DNA of 64,000 nt. Origin: a virus. Where the stretch lies: the IMG/VR virus record IMGVR_UViG_3300043427_003402, one strand, 5' to 3'. The translations under genes and the position numbers were made by a program. The notes beneath the pieces are model-generated. The model did not search any database. It was given only the letters and a program-made list of their open reading frames with translations, and had not been told where the DNA came from. This document shows positions 45,796 to 56,404 of this stretch, piece by piece; positions within the stretch are counted from its first letter, which is position 1; every line of letters starts with the position of its first letter.

Positions 45796-47301
45796 TTGCC
45801 CGATACATCATCTGCACTTCCTTATTGGGTCTCATCAGAGCCTATCCAATGGCAACCGCTTAACAGCTCTTTCGCTACTTTGATGACCGCAACCGCAACT
45901 TTCGTGGCAGGAGCGATCGCCATAACCGATAACTCGCGCCTGGCTGCCGAAGCCGTTAACGCGCGGCTGCTTAGCTGGTACCAGTCTGAGATACAACCTC
46001 AAGTCGCCGCCGCACAAGACCTCGCGACCGCCGCGGCCAACTTTTTAGAGGACGTTTTCGCTTCTGGCCTACACTGGTACGTGATGCCGCCCAGTTTCGG
46101 CGGGTTCGGCGCCGTGGAAGACACGGTGCTGCCCGGGCTGTCCGATCCCACTATACCGGACGCGCCCCGCTTCTCCGAAGACATGTACGCTGGTGGTATC
46201 TTGGTGCTCCTGACTGGCCCGCCTTACGTTTTGTACGAAGTGTCCAGTTTGCTCATCAGCACACTTGCAGCGCGACCGGCCACTGCGCAGCGCGCGTTGC
46301 AGCAGCTCAGCACACAAAGCGCGGTCGCCGGCCCCGCCATGGCGGCGCTCACGGATTTGGCCGTACTCCCGCAGGCAGCGTGGAGCGACAGCACCACAAC
46401 TTTTAAAAACATGTTCAACGCCACGCCGGTAGCACAGATTCTCAAGTCCGCATCCGAGTTCCCACAGAAATGGGTACAGAGCACCGAGGTCGAAGTGGCA
46501 CGACTCGAGCCGGATGCGGTACGCGTGCGTACGCCGTTTACGCTGCAGTTATTTGGCCGGGGGTTCCTGGCTACGGACCGCGTCCGCATAAACAACGTTC
46601 TCTACACGCCGGCGGTTGCAGACGACGGTAGCGGTATGCAGGTTGAGCTGCCGGCGACCGCCTTGACTACTGCAGGGCAAACTCGGGTGGCGGTTGCGCG
46701 GGCAGGTGCCGACGCTGCGTGGCGCGACCTGACCGTAGAGCAGCCGCAAGTGCTCGAAACTTTAGCGGAGTTATCCGGCTCCGAGCTCTACGGCTGGCAT
46801 CAATTTGATATATGGGCGCCTTTTTCGGGCCTAGACCCGTGGAAAGGCGTCGCGCAGTTAATACCGGGTGCCGCGCAGATCGCAAGCGCGGTAACCGCGA
46901 CACTTGACGCCGTAGGCGATCCGGCAACCGGTGCCGCCGTAAATAATTTCGCCACGTCAGCGCTACGCGCCTCAAGCCGCTCAGTCACGAGCACTGCCAC
47001 TCGTGCCCGAACCGACCTGCAGCGCCTGCAAAGCGGCATACAGCAGCTGTCAACCGCAACCGCCGCTCTCGGGGCTTCAGTCTTAGTCGTACCGCCAGTT
47101 TTAGGTGGCAACCACCAACTCGGATACGCTTTGCGCCAAGGGCTGAACGGCTACGCACTGAACACGCCCCTCGTCGATCCGGACGCAGCAGTCGCAGGCA
47201 TGTTTATTTGCGCTGGCGACACTGACCGCGCGCGCGTCATCGCGGCGCTAAACCAAGTTTCCTCGGTCTTGCAAATGGTCCCCTGGTCCCCGCTCGCATA
47301 G
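45796..47301 (+). CDS. Structural protein with IPT/TIG-like Ig domain
   Basis: LEPD....TL.LFGRGF..V.IN..LP...L..AG. Confidence 0.6.
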   Translation: MPDTSSALPYWVSSEPIQWQPLNSSFATLMTATATFVAGAIAITDNSRLAAEAVNARLLSWYQSEIQPQVAAAQDLATAAANFLEDVFASGLHWYVMPPSFGGFGAVEDTVLPGLSDPTIPDAPRFSEDMYAGGILVLLTGPPYVLYEVSSLLISTLAARPATAQRALQQLSTQSAVAGPAMAALTDLAVLPQAAWSDSTTTFKNMFNATPVAQILKSASEFPQKWVQSTEVEVARLEPDAVRVRTPFTLQLFGRGFLATDRVRINNVLYTPAVADDGSGMQVELPATALTTAGQTRVAVARAGADAAWRDLTVEQPQVLETLAELSGSELYGWHQFDIWAPFSGLDPWKGVAQLIPGAAQIASAVTATLDAVGDPATGAAVNNFATSALRASSRSVTSTATRARTDLQRLQSGIQQLSTATAALGASVLVVPPVLGGNHQLGYALRQGLNGYALNTPLVDPDAAVAGMFICAGDTDRARVIAALNQVSSVLQMVPWSPLA

Positions 47302-47311
47302 GAGAAACGAA

Positions 47312-47722
47312 ATGTTGAACATCCAGTACACCTCCCAGTACAACCAACCCGAGCACGTCAAAACGGCGATTTCGGAGCTGTTGCCCTTGGTGGACTTTAG
47401 GACACGCTTTGTTCTGAAAGCACCCGACGACCCGACGTTCCAGCCTGACCAAGACGACGACACCTTGCAGGTAATCAAACTAGACGCTGCGAGCGGCCAA
47501 ACGACGCAGCTGCTGACCGACGGCGACGCTCAGTACGGCCGCCCTTACAAGTTCGGCGACGGCACCAGCCAAAAAGTGACACTACGCAACTGGAACTACG
47601 TGCTGCTGACCAACGAAATCCGCGGAGCCGATAATCAATATAGCTCGGTAAAAACGTGCTATATTAAAGACCGCGAAGTATTTGCCGGGTTGCGCGTAGC
47701 CGTCGGTTTAGCCGCATTTTAA
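47312..47722 (+). CDS. Hypothetical protein
   Basis: AGGAG SD. Confidence 0.65.
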   Translation: MLNIQYTSQYNQPEHVKTAISELLPLVDFRTRFVLKAPDDPTFQPDQDDDTLQVIKLDAASGQTTQLLTDGDAQYGRPYKFGDGTSQKVTLRNWNYVLLTNEIRGADNQYSSVKTCYIKDREVFAGLRVAVGLAAF

Positions 47723-47731
47723 GGGTGAAGC

Positions 47732-48823
47732 ATGCACATTGATTTTTACGACGATTCCACCGGGGCGATGCTACGCGACATCTTTCGCGAAGTCGGCCCG
47801 GCCAACGTTCCCGCCTTCGTCAAGTCCGCGCAGTTGGTACCCAGCGAAGAGTTTCGCCGGGACCGCTTCATCTTTGCCGACGACGCCTTAAACAAGTTCG
47901 CCTGCGACACGCCGCAGGACACGTGGTTGTCCGGCGTGTACTTTCTTAAGCAGGCCTCAAGCATGGCACCCGAGGCCCGCGAACGAATCGGTCAGATGCT
48001 GTGGGACATGCACGAGGTTCACGGCTTGGACCCCAGCTATCTGAACGAGAAGCAGGCCGCCGTTTACGAGCAGCCGGAGTATTTGATCACCAGCGCCACC
48101 GCGCCTACTGATTACATTGACCTGAGCTTGCTGCCCGTGCACACCAAAGAAGCGGTAGAAATGTCAGCCCGCGCTTTCAGCCCCGAGATACTTCCGCCCG
48201 ACGAAGTGGTCAACGCTGCAAAGTTTGCAAACACCCTAGTGTCCTTGTGCGAGGATTACAACCTGCCTGTACCGGGCAGCTTGGCGTGGTACTCACAGCC
48301 CGTCAAACGCTCGCACGTTATCGACTCGGTGCGCCAGCGCATCGGGTTCGTGCTGTCCGCCAACGACGCCTATGACCACCAAGCCGGCCTGCAGAAGGCA
48401 GCAGCAGCGCGCGGTGTCGACCTTCCGTACGCGCCGCTGCCGTACGAACGATTTGATCCCAAGGTGCTGCAGGCCTACGACGAGCTGCAAAAAGCGGCGT
48501 ACACCGCAGACTTGGACCAAGAGTTCTGGCACATGTACTACACGCTAGACAAATTGGCTGGCTTGGAACAGCACCCAGGCATGGCACCCGTTTACACGAT
48601 GGCCGGCCGCCCCGTGGTTGACGATATTTACGAAAATTCTATCAAGCTGGCGGGGGTGCAGGTTCTGCTGCACGAACTCCAGAAAATTGCTGACGACACG
48701 CTGACCGACATCGCCCCTGAGGCTGCCGCGCACAGGCACAACCCTGTTAAGTTTGCAACCGCGTTACGCGATCTGCATCCTACGCGGCAGCACGCCATCG
48801 TGGTGCAGCTGCGTGGTGTCTGA
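47732..48823 (+). CDS. Head-associated hypothetical protein rich in K-x-A motifs
   Basis: DFYDD..G; VKSA, LKQAS, EKQAA, QKAA, DKLAG, IKLAG, QKIA. Confidence 0.6.
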   Translation: MHIDFYDDSTGAMLRDIFREVGPANVPAFVKSAQLVPSEEFRRDRFIFADDALNKFACDTPQDTWLSGVYFLKQASSMAPEARERIGQMLWDMHEVHGLDPSYLNEKQAAVYEQPEYLITSATAPTDYIDLSLLPVHTKEAVEMSARAFSPEILPPDEVVNAAKFANTLVSLCEDYNLPVPGSLAWYSQPVKRSHVIDSVRQRIGFVLSANDAYDHQAGLQKAAAARGVDLPYAPLPYERFDPKVLQAYDELQKAAYTADLDQEFWHMYYTLDKLAGLEQHPGMAPVYTMAGRPVVDDIYENSIKLAGVQVLLHELQKIADDTLTDIAPEAAAHRHNPVKFATALRDLHPTRQHAIVVQLRGV

Positions 48824-49601
48824 GGAAGAGGAGCTCACGCCTGCCCAGCAGGCTGAGCGCGAGGCAAAGGTTCGACGAATCGTTCAAGGCTTCAAGGTGT
48901 TTGCCGACATCGGTACCAACGCCAAAAGCCGCGGCGACTTGGTCCAGCGCCTAGCTTCCAACGTAGCTGCAAGGCACGTGCTAAACGCGCAACAGCACCC
49001 CGAGCAACAGCAGCCTGTTTTAAAGACAGCAAGCGAAGTGCTTGCAGATTGGGAACCGGTCGCGTTAGCCGCAGCGGTAGAGCACCATGCAGGACCTGAT
49101 TGGACGGACTACGAGCCCGAGACGTTGGCGGACGTCACAGGGTTGTCTTCCGATTTAATCACCCGCGCGTTGTGCGCGCGGCACATTCTCCATTCAAATT
49201 CCCCGTTTACAGACTGGCATATTTTTGAGAAGATGGCGGTTGCGTGTAACGGGCGAACAATCGACTTCGAGCACGGACAAGAGCTTGAACCCCACGAGCT
49301 AGCTTGGGCGGTTGCGCAAATGCGGCTGATAGATCCGGTGTCAACGTTCAGCAACGAGGTTAGTAACTATGTTGCTTTCCTGCTTTGGTCCGCCGGAATG
49401 GTGCGCAGTCCGATAGGGTTGGAGTGTTGTGAGCCGCATTTGCTTAAATTACTTAGCGACCATGGGCACGCCGTCCGCAAGGATTACGAGGCCGGCCGCA
49501 TCACGGACGCGACGGAACACCAAGACTGGCTTAGGCGCGTCTGTTCGCGCTACGTATCGCGCAAGTACGATAAGCTAACAAAGGAACTCGAGGCACTATG
49601 A
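48816..49601 (+). CDS. Hypothetical protein upstream of portal
   Basis: W.DYEPETL; PF.DWHIFEK; likely GTG start at 48816. Confidence 0.6.
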   Translation: MSEEEELTPAQQAEREAKVRRIVQGFKVFADIGTNAKSRGDLVQRLASNVAARHVLNAQQHPEQQQPVLKTASEVLADWEPVALAAAVEHHAGPDWTDYEPETLADVTGLSSDLITRALCARHILHSNSPFTDWHIFEKMAVACNGRTIDFEHGQELEPHELAWAVAQMRLIDPVSTFSNEVSNYVAFLLWSAGMVRSPIGLECCEPHLLKLLSDHGHAVRKDYEAGRITDATEHQDWLRRVCSRYVSRKYDKLTKELEAL

Positions 49602-51598
49602 GTTGGCTCCAGCCGCAACACGACGACATGACCGGCGATTACTTCTCCGGCGGTTCACAGGGTTTGCTGCAGCAGACGTTGATGGGCCAGTCTCAGTTCT
49701 TTAACTTTGAAGGGTTCTTTCTCCCTTCGACAGTTAAGGAACTTTTCAAGTACAGCGCGTACACGGTCCTGACTAGCTCGTCCGTAAATCCTGTTGTCGA
49801 GAAGATGGCGGAGTACCCTATCACGGACTTCGTTTTCCAGCCTTACGTGGATGAGGATTTAGACGAAAAGGACCAGCAAGCATTTCTGGACGCAAATAAA
49901 GCCCTCGTGGAGAAGTGGCAAGAGATAGCACGAGAACTACGCTTTAAAGAATTTGCGATGACCGCCGCCATGAACTACCAGACGTACGGTAATGCCTTTT
50001 CGGGCGTCTATCAGCCATTTGACCGGCACCTAGTGTGCAAGCTTTGTAAAAACGAGGAACGCGCCAAAACTGCCAAATGGGACTGGGATAAAGGTTCGCT
50101 GCAGTTCATCCTGACGTGCAGCGCGTGCGGCAAGAAAAAGGCGGCCGACGTGCACGATGTGATGGTGAGCGACTGGCGCCGCGTCAACCTTATTCCTTAC
50201 TACCCTGGCCATTTTGACATCGACTACGACCCGTATTCGGGTGTCACGGAGTACTATTACACTATCCAAGAAAACGAGCTCGACAAAATTAAAAAGGGCG
50301 ACCGCCTGCGCCTTATCCACACGCCGATAGACGTGATCGACGCTGCGCGACTCGCGCGCGGAGGCCGCGCAAAGACGCCGCGGGTCAAGTTTTACAAGAA
50401 CAACGTGTACCACCTGCCTCGTGCGTCGTTCAACCTGCCTGGCACAGAGACGCCTTGGGGCATCCCAAATACGATCGCCGCGTTACGCGACATGTTCTAT
50501 TTGAACATGATGAAGCGCGCCCAGCTCGCGTTGCTGCTTGAGCATATCGTGCCCTTGCAAATCATATTCCCTGCTGTTGACGTCGGCGTAAACACGACGA
50601 TTCCGATTAACTTGAACGACTGGCGCAAGACTTACCAGAAGGAGCTAATCAAGTGGAAGCGCGACCCGCTTTACAAGATCCTGTCGCCTATCCCACTGTC
50701 TAGCACGCAGCTGGGCGGCCAGGGCAAGGCCCTGATGCTTTATCCGGAGATGGAGCAAACCGAAAACTCGATTGTAAACGCCCTGAACGCGCCGATCGAG
50801 TTTATTCGCGGCGGCTTGACTTACACCGGGTCCAGCGTGAGCCTGCGCATGTTAGAGAATTCGCTACTCAACCAAGTAGCAGGGCTCACGCGCATGTTTC
50901 AGTGGATCGTTAACAACATCTCTAACATCAGCGGCTTGAAGCGCGTGAAGGTTAGCTTCAAGAAGTTCAAGATGGCGGACGACATCCAAGGTAAGCAGTT
51001 GTTGACGACGCTTTATCAGCTTGGGCTAGTGTCCGGCGAGACGTTGCTACGGTCGCATGACCTTGACTACGAGTACGAGACCAAGACGCGTACGGCGGAG
51101 AACCTTGAAAAGGCGCTCACGGACGCCAAGGCGCAGGCGCAAGCTGCCACTAACTTGCAGGCGCTGCAGTCGATCCTAACTAACGCCCTTCCGCCGGAGA
51201 CGACGATCGCCGCGCCGACCATCCCCGCCAACCAAGTCGAAATGCTGTTCGAGACGTTCCAGCGGATGCAGCCCGCTCAGGCACAGAAAGCGCTGCAGAC
51301 ACTCAGCGAACAGAGCCCTGAAGCTGCCCGCGCGCTGCAGACGCGGCTCAGTACTGACCCCGGCGCGGCAGCTAACCAAACAAAGCAGCTGATGACAATG
51401 GCGCCGGAGCAGCGCGACATGGCTTTGCAGGATCTCAGCCAGCAAAACCCGGTTATGGCGGCCATCGTCGAAAATATGATGGCGCAGTTTGGGCCGGCTA
51501 CGGTCCAGCTGGGCCAGCAGCCGCAAGGTAACGGCAAGGTAGAGAAGGCGATGCCCGAGCAGCGCCCGCCCACCCGCGCAGGGGGAAGTCCGGTCTAA
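49598..51598 (+). CDS. Portal protein with Zn-ribbon insertion
   Basis: V.KMAEYP.T; Y..YGNAF; WG.P; I..AL..P.EF..GG..Y.GSSVSLRMLEN; Q-rich tail. Confidence 0.8.
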   Translation: MSWLQPQHDDMTGDYFSGGSQGLLQQTLMGQSQFFNFEGFFLPSTVKELFKYSAYTVLTSSSVNPVVEKMAEYPITDFVFQPYVDEDLDEKDQQAFLDANKALVEKWQEIARELRFKEFAMTAAMNYQTYGNAFSGVYQPFDRHLVCKLCKNEERAKTAKWDWDKGSLQFILTCSACGKKKAADVHDVMVSDWRRVNLIPYYPGHFDIDYDPYSGVTEYYYTIQENELDKIKKGDRLRLIHTPIDVIDAARLARGGRAKTPRVKFYKNNVYHLPRASFNLPGTETPWGIPNTIAALRDMFYLNMMKRAQLALLLEHIVPLQIIFPAVDVGVNTTIPINLNDWRKTYQKELIKWKRDPLYKILSPIPLSSTQLGGQGKALMLYPEMEQTENSIVNALNAPIEFIRGGLTYTGSSVSLRMLENSLLNQVAGLTRMFQWIVNNISNISGLKRVKVSFKKFKMADDIQGKQLLTTLYQLGLVSGETLLRSHDLDYEYETKTRTAENLEKALTDAKAQAQAATNLQALQSILTNALPPETTIAAPTIPANQVEMLFETFQRMQPAQAQKALQTLSEQSPEAARALQTRLSTDPGAAANQTKQLMTMAPEQRDMALQDLSQQNPVMAAIVENMMAQFGPATVQLGQQPQGNGKVEKAMPEQRPPTRAGGSPV

Positions 51599-51601
51599 CG
51601 C

Positions 51602-53122
51602 TTAGCGATAGAGGAACGTTAAAACGTCTAGCGCTTTAACAGGCACCACCGCGTCGTGGTACAGCACCGCGTTGTCGTTCACGATAAATTCCGTAGGTTG
51701 CACGATCCGAGCACCGTTTAAGGCAGCGATGACCGCACTCGGTTCAACGGGTGGCCGCCGCAACGAATAAACTAATGGTTTACCGCTCTCTGCTACGGTG
51801 ACCTGGTGCGTCTCTAACGTCAACCGCGCGGCCAGCATCAGGCTCTTAAAAAACACGACCGTAACGCGGTCTGTTGGCAGCAACGGGAAAGGGCCGGCCC
51901 ACGTCACTTGTCGATTACTGGGAAACTGCAAAAACGGGCTTCCCACGTACATCTCTCCACCGTACGTTTCGCCAGCAGAGACTACAACGAGCGACTTGCG
52001 AATATCGGCCGCTTTTTCGTTCAGGTCGAAAGTTGGAAACCCAGAGTAACCTGTAAATTCAGCAAACTTTACCGCGTCGGCCGCGGGCTGCTCTACAAAT
52101 CCTAATAGGGAGAGCACGTCGCCTACGCCGATGTTTAGCGCGTCGTCCCAGGTCAACGCGCCTTGCGAGAGCGTGTACCCGGATCCCTGTACGTACACCA
52201 AGCCGTTGACTGATAGCAGCGACTTCTTTGACGGGTTGTCGATCGGCAACGGTCCGGTAAGCGGTGCGCTGAGCGCCCGCGTCGTAGTCCTGAACACCTG
52301 CCGGCCTAAGCGCCCCGTTTCATTTACTTTCTTGAAGTATGTCGAGTCTGCCAAGTGCGCAAACGTCACCAGCTCACCGTGACTCGCCTGCAGGGGTGTC
52401 AGCAGTGACACGTCGTCGCCCGCCACCGCGTAGTCCGAATCGACGAAGTAACGCAGCCCACGGAAGTACACGCGGCTGCTATGCGGTTGGGTGGCTTGTA
52501 AACTGAGACGGAAGTTATTAGGTGACGAGGGCTGTACAGGCACAGCTTCATAGTGTTGCAGCTCAGCGCCCTCCGCAGTACGGGCCAAGATGATTACTAG
52601 CCGGTCTGTGGGCTTTAACCCCCCGGATGCCCACTCCAAATAATTTTGCCGAATACGGAACGCCCCTGACGCGTTGCCGAAGAAGAATCCGTTAAGAAAT
52701 ACTTCCACATCGTAGCCCCGCGGCTCGGTTAGTAACTCAAACCTACGTTGGCCTACGTGTGTGATAGGCAAAACTTGCTTGTACCGGTGCTGTTGCTCCG
52801 CGCCTACGGCTTCAAATGTTAAGACCGTACCCACGGGCAGCACCCCGAGCTGCCATATCAGGGCTTTCTTTTCGATCCGAAAATCGGGTTCAAAATAGGT
52901 TTTACGGTTGATGACCACCGAACGAATGCTGCCCGCTGGCGGCTCTTGGGCAAGCCCGAAGCGCGTCTGGTGCAGCAGACCGACCGTCAGCACTTCACGC
53001 TGGGTCGGGTACGCCGTGGTTTCGTTGGCTATGACCGGAACCTCAAGAAACGAGGGCAGGTGGTTGCCTGAGCGGTTAATGCCGGACTCCGAAATATGGA
53101 CGTCGCGTTCGTTAAAGCTCAT
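51602..53122 (-). CDS. Virion protein with repeated beta domains
   Basis: About six repeats of the V.lNG..Y...DY.......L...D.L type. Confidence 0.6.
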   Translation of the reverse strand: MSFNERDVHISESGINRSGNHLPSFLEVPVIANETTAYPTQREVLTVGLLHQTRFGLAQEPPAGSIRSVVINRKTYFEPDFRIEKKALIWQLGVLPVGTVLTFEAVGAEQQHRYKQVLPITHVGQRRFELLTEPRGYDVEVFLNGFFFGNASGAFRIRQNYLEWASGGLKPTDRLVIILARTAEGAELQHYEAVPVQPSSPNNFRLSLQATQPHSSRVYFRGLRYFVDSDYAVAGDDVSLLTPLQASHGELVTFAHLADSTYFKKVNETGRLGRQVFRTTTRALSAPLTGPLPIDNPSKKSLLSVNGLVYVQGSGYTLSQGALTWDDALNIGVGDVLSLLGFVEQPAADAVKFAEFTGYSGFPTFDLNEKAADIRKSLVVVSAGETYGGEMYVGSPFLQFPSNRQVTWAGPFPLLPTDRVTVVFFKSLMLAARLTLETHQVTVAESGKPLVYSLRRPPVEPSAVIAALNGARIVQPTEFIVNDNAVLYHDAVVPVKALDVLTFLYR

Positions 53123-53124
53123 GC

Positions 53125-56100
53125 TTACTCCACGTAGTTCGCGTCGCAGTACGTCACAAATGCTTTGGCGGGGTCGCTGATCGAAAAGGCGTTGTCCTGT
53201 GAGACGTAGGCCAACACCCGCACGTTACGCTGGTCTTTGACTAAGCACGCCCACGCCAAGAAGCCGGCACCGGGAGTACCGACGCCCAGCCCGAAGTCAA
53301 CCGAACCATCAATACCAAACTGCGTCCCTTCGACTGGCAGCAGCCCCCGCGATTGCAAGGTTACGGGGTCATTAAACACGGTCTCCGGGTCGGCAGCGCC
53401 GAGCCCGAGCACCGCACCTTTAACGCCAGGAAGCTTTTCAGCAAGCGGCGCAAAGTAATTAGGGGAGCGGTTTGCAGCGCTGCTGTTACTCGCAATCACA
53501 AGGCCACGGTGCAACAGCTCAAACTGCTCGCCTCCCGCAATCGGTGCAAACGGGTGGCTGGCGTAAGCATACAGTATGCGCAGCTGGTCCGTAGGCGCAA
53601 GCGCTGCCGACCACAAAATGGCAAGCTGCAAATTAAACGAGCCGGCGTTTAAAATGTAGTAACCCTGCACCGGATCAAGCTGCCATTTTCCTTGTTGAGT
53701 GACAGGCAGCGCGGCAAAGTCCGCAGCGCTCAGCGTGAGATTGACCTGCACAAAGTTACGGTCCACCCCGGTTACTGTGGCAGGGTAAAGGTACCCGTCA
53801 AGGAATGCGCCCTGCACCGTCGCGGAGTTCGCCACGCGCACAAAGTTGTACACCCCGCGCAAGACTCTGCCCTCTGGCAGCGCAACGCCATATACTGGCC
53901 GCTCACCCAGCACCGTTGTACTGTGAAGCACGGCCTCTGCGAAATCCGTAACCGCGCGGTTTTCAGGTATGATGTTGCACACCCTACCCGCCATCAACAA
54001 CTCGAGCCGCGCTTCGTCTCCGGCGGCTACCGCCGCGGTCAAAACTACGGAATGATTTGCACCGCCGAGCTGCACAGTCTTAATACCCAATACGGCATCG
54101 TCGGCCACCCGCACGACACTGCGCACGCCAATAACAGCAACTCCGCCGATTTCGGCCGGCACGCTTAGCAGCGACGTACCGTCCGCCACGGCCACGAGGT
54201 TGACAGTAAAAGCCCCGCACGCGTCCACCGGGCCTACCGGCCGCAGTTGCGCGGGTAAGCTGTTAAACGTGAAATTTTGCGCGGGCCCGGGTGTCGCAGC
54301 GTTCAACGGCGCCCCGTTCAGCGTCACTTCTAAAATCTGTGACGGAACGTTACTCAGGAACGCCTCAGGGCGCTGGGTGGCGGCAAAAGAGACCGAGATT
54401 AAGCCTGCGGCCTGGAACGTCGCAGCGGAAGCGTCCACCGTGCCGACTGCGCTTACAGCGTCCGCGCCAACCGTCCACGGTCCTGTGAGTTGTACGGGTT
54501 GCCCCGTCGATACCCACACCAGCTGCACTACCGGCTGCACGCCGCCGGCTCCGCCTAGGAAAAGGTTTGCACCCGACGGCGCATTAAGCGTCAGCGCGCG
54601 GGTACCGTCTTCAAAAGCAATCACCGGCCCCGTCGCGTCCAAGTTTGCCACAAAATTAGCGCCGACCCAGTAAACTGCCGACGCCGCCGACCAGTCACGC
54701 CGCGCACCGTCCGGCGCGCCGAACATGTGCGCACCCGCAAGCACCGTGCCTGCAAGAGCGTCGAGTTGTACAGGACGCTTGCTTCGGTACCAAGGCAACT
54801 GCGTAGCGGCCCCGAGCTTGTTCGGGTGCGCACCGCGCAGAATGGCCTGCAGCGCACGGCCGAAAGCAGCAGCGTGGTTTAACCCGTGCTGGCGCAGCAC
54901 CGGCCCTGGCAACTCAACCTCGTCCATGTGAATAAAATTGTGCTGCTTACCGTCAGGTCTCGTAGCGGCTGCGCCGCCCGTTAAATTCGTGTCGGCAAAC
55001 GGGGCCTGATTGAATCGGTACACCAGCGCCAAAGGCAGCGCATAGCTCTTACCGTCAGCTGCGTCGGCGTAGGAGCTGAAGAAGTGCCCATCAGCCGCCC
55101 GTGCGAATGTGCCGCCCCCAAGCCCCGTGATGTTGGGCTGGAGCATTAGCACCTGTGCGTCCGCGTACTGTACGCCCGGCACTACAACGAGGCGCGCGCG
55201 CGCGACGATGTAGCCCCCACCGGGCACTGCTTGGAAAAACTCGCCATTTACAGGCGGGGAAGGCTCTACCCGGCGATACAGCTCTACAAAGAGCAAGTCT
55301 AGCCGTCCGTCCGTAGTTGGTGCGTCGGGGAAGCTCACCGGCTGTTCTGGGATGTTATACTCAACACCATCCACCACCGCGACGTTTTGATGCAAGAGCA
55401 GATACTTCTGTACCAGAGCTGAGGTACTGACACGCACGGGGCGCACAAACCCTGACGGCAATGTCATATTTTGGACAACGATCGAGGTCCCGGACTGGGG
55501 ATTGGAGTCCGTGGTCTGCGAGGCGAGCACCCACCTGACTACCTGTAACCCGGTAGCGCCGAACGGCACATCGCCGTAGGCCACCAAGATACCCGCTCCG
55601 GGAATGTACGCCAGCCCTGCCTCTACCTCGCCGGATGCCGGGTTAACCCAAATGTAGATGCGTTCGCCGATAATCGCGGGTACGTCGTAGGTAAATGTGT
55701 AGTCTGTTTTGGTCTCAATAACGGTGTAGGCTACGCCCTGCGGTGTCAGGTACCGCCGCAGGACCCGCACAGGGTGAACGGTCAAGGTCGGCCCAGAACC
55801 TTCAATATCTGACGCGCGCGCGACAACGAAGTTAAACTCGTCGCTATTACGTGCCACCACTTCGCCCTGCAGCACTTCACCCAGCACAGAGAAGGCGATC
55901 AGAGGCTTGTTAAATTCGGCATCGCCAAACCGCATGCCCGCTGTGTACAAGTCTTGCGCGTCCAGCGGGTTGTAGCTCGTGAGCAAGCGCGACACTTGCC
56001 GCTCATCAAACGACAAAGAGAGTTGCTGCAGGGCGGTCGCGCCCGCGGGCCAGCTAACCTTGGCAAGCACAATAAATCCGGTGGTCGGCTCGGCAATCAA

Positions 56101-56391
56101 GGTGATGTCGTTAGTGACCGCGGCGTCGAACGCTACGAATGCGTGCCCTGCCTGCGCGGAGATAAGCAATGTGTAAATAGGCGCGTCTAAGGGTGACGGC
56201 CGGGTTGCAGAGAAGGAAAAGGGGGACTGCAGCTGCCCAAATTGCACGACAACTTTTCGGCCCGGTGCACCGAACCCCAAATTGCGCCCGTCCTCAGTCC
56301 GCACAGTCATCGCGGTGACGTCAATACCGGTCTGCAACGTGTTTATGGTGACGTTACCGCCGTGAAATACGCCATACGATCCTACTTGCAT
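53125..56391 (-). CDS. Tail fibre / baseplate-associated large protein
   Basis: R.DL.FVE..R and YALPLA.V.R.N..RPDG motifs; Ala/Gly/Val-rich. Confidence 0.6.
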   Translation of the reverse strand: MQVGSYGVFHGGNVTINTLQTGIDVTAMTVRTEDGRNLGFGAPGRKVVVQFGQLQSPFSFSATRPSPLDAPIYTLLISAQAGHAFVAFDAAVTNDITLIAEPTTGFIVLAKVSWPAGATALQQLSLSFDERQVSRLLTSYNPLDAQDLYTAGMRFGDAEFNKPLIAFSVLGEVLQGEVVARNSDEFNFVVARASDIEGSGPTLTVHPVRVLRRYLTPQGVAYTVIETKTDYTFTYDVPAIIGERIYIWVNPASGEVEAGLAYIPGAGILVAYGDVPFGATGLQVVRWVLASQTTDSNPQSGTSIVVQNMTLPSGFVRPVRVSTSALVQKYLLLHQNVAVVDGVEYNIPEQPVSFPDAPTTDGRLDLLFVELYRRVEPSPPVNGEFFQAVPGGGYIVARARLVVVPGVQYADAQVLMLQPNITGLGGGTFARAADGHFFSSYADAADGKSYALPLALVYRFNQAPFADTNLTGGAAATRPDGKQHNFIHMDEVELPGPVLRQHGLNHAAAFGRALQAILRGAHPNKLGAATQLPWYRSKRPVQLDALAGTVLAGAHMFGAPDGARRDWSAASAVYWVGANFVANLDATGPVIAFEDGTRALTLNAPSGANLFLGGAGGVQPVVQLVWVSTGQPVQLTGPWTVGADAVSAVGTVDASAATFQAAGLISVSFAATQRPEAFLSNVPSQILEVTLNGAPLNAATPGPAQNFTFNSLPAQLRPVGPVDACGAFTVNLVAVADGTSLLSVPAEIGGVAVIGVRSVVRVADDAVLGIKTVQLGGANHSVVLTAAVAAGDEARLELLMAGRVCNIIPENRAVTDFAEAVLHSTTVLGERPVYGVALPEGRVLRGVYNFVRVANSATVQGAFLDGYLYPATVTGVDRNFVQVNLTLSAADFAALPVTQQGKWQLDPVQGYYILNAGSFNLQLAILWSAALAPTDQLRILYAYASHPFAPIAGGEQFELLHRGLVIASNSSAANRSPNYFAPLAEKLPGVKGAVLGLGAADPETVFNDPVTLQSRGLLPVEGTQFGIDGSVDFGLGVGTPGAGFLAWACLVKDQRNVRVLAYVSQDNAFSISDPAKAFVTYCDANYVE

Positions 56392-56404
56392 GTTTTAGCC
56401 CTTT

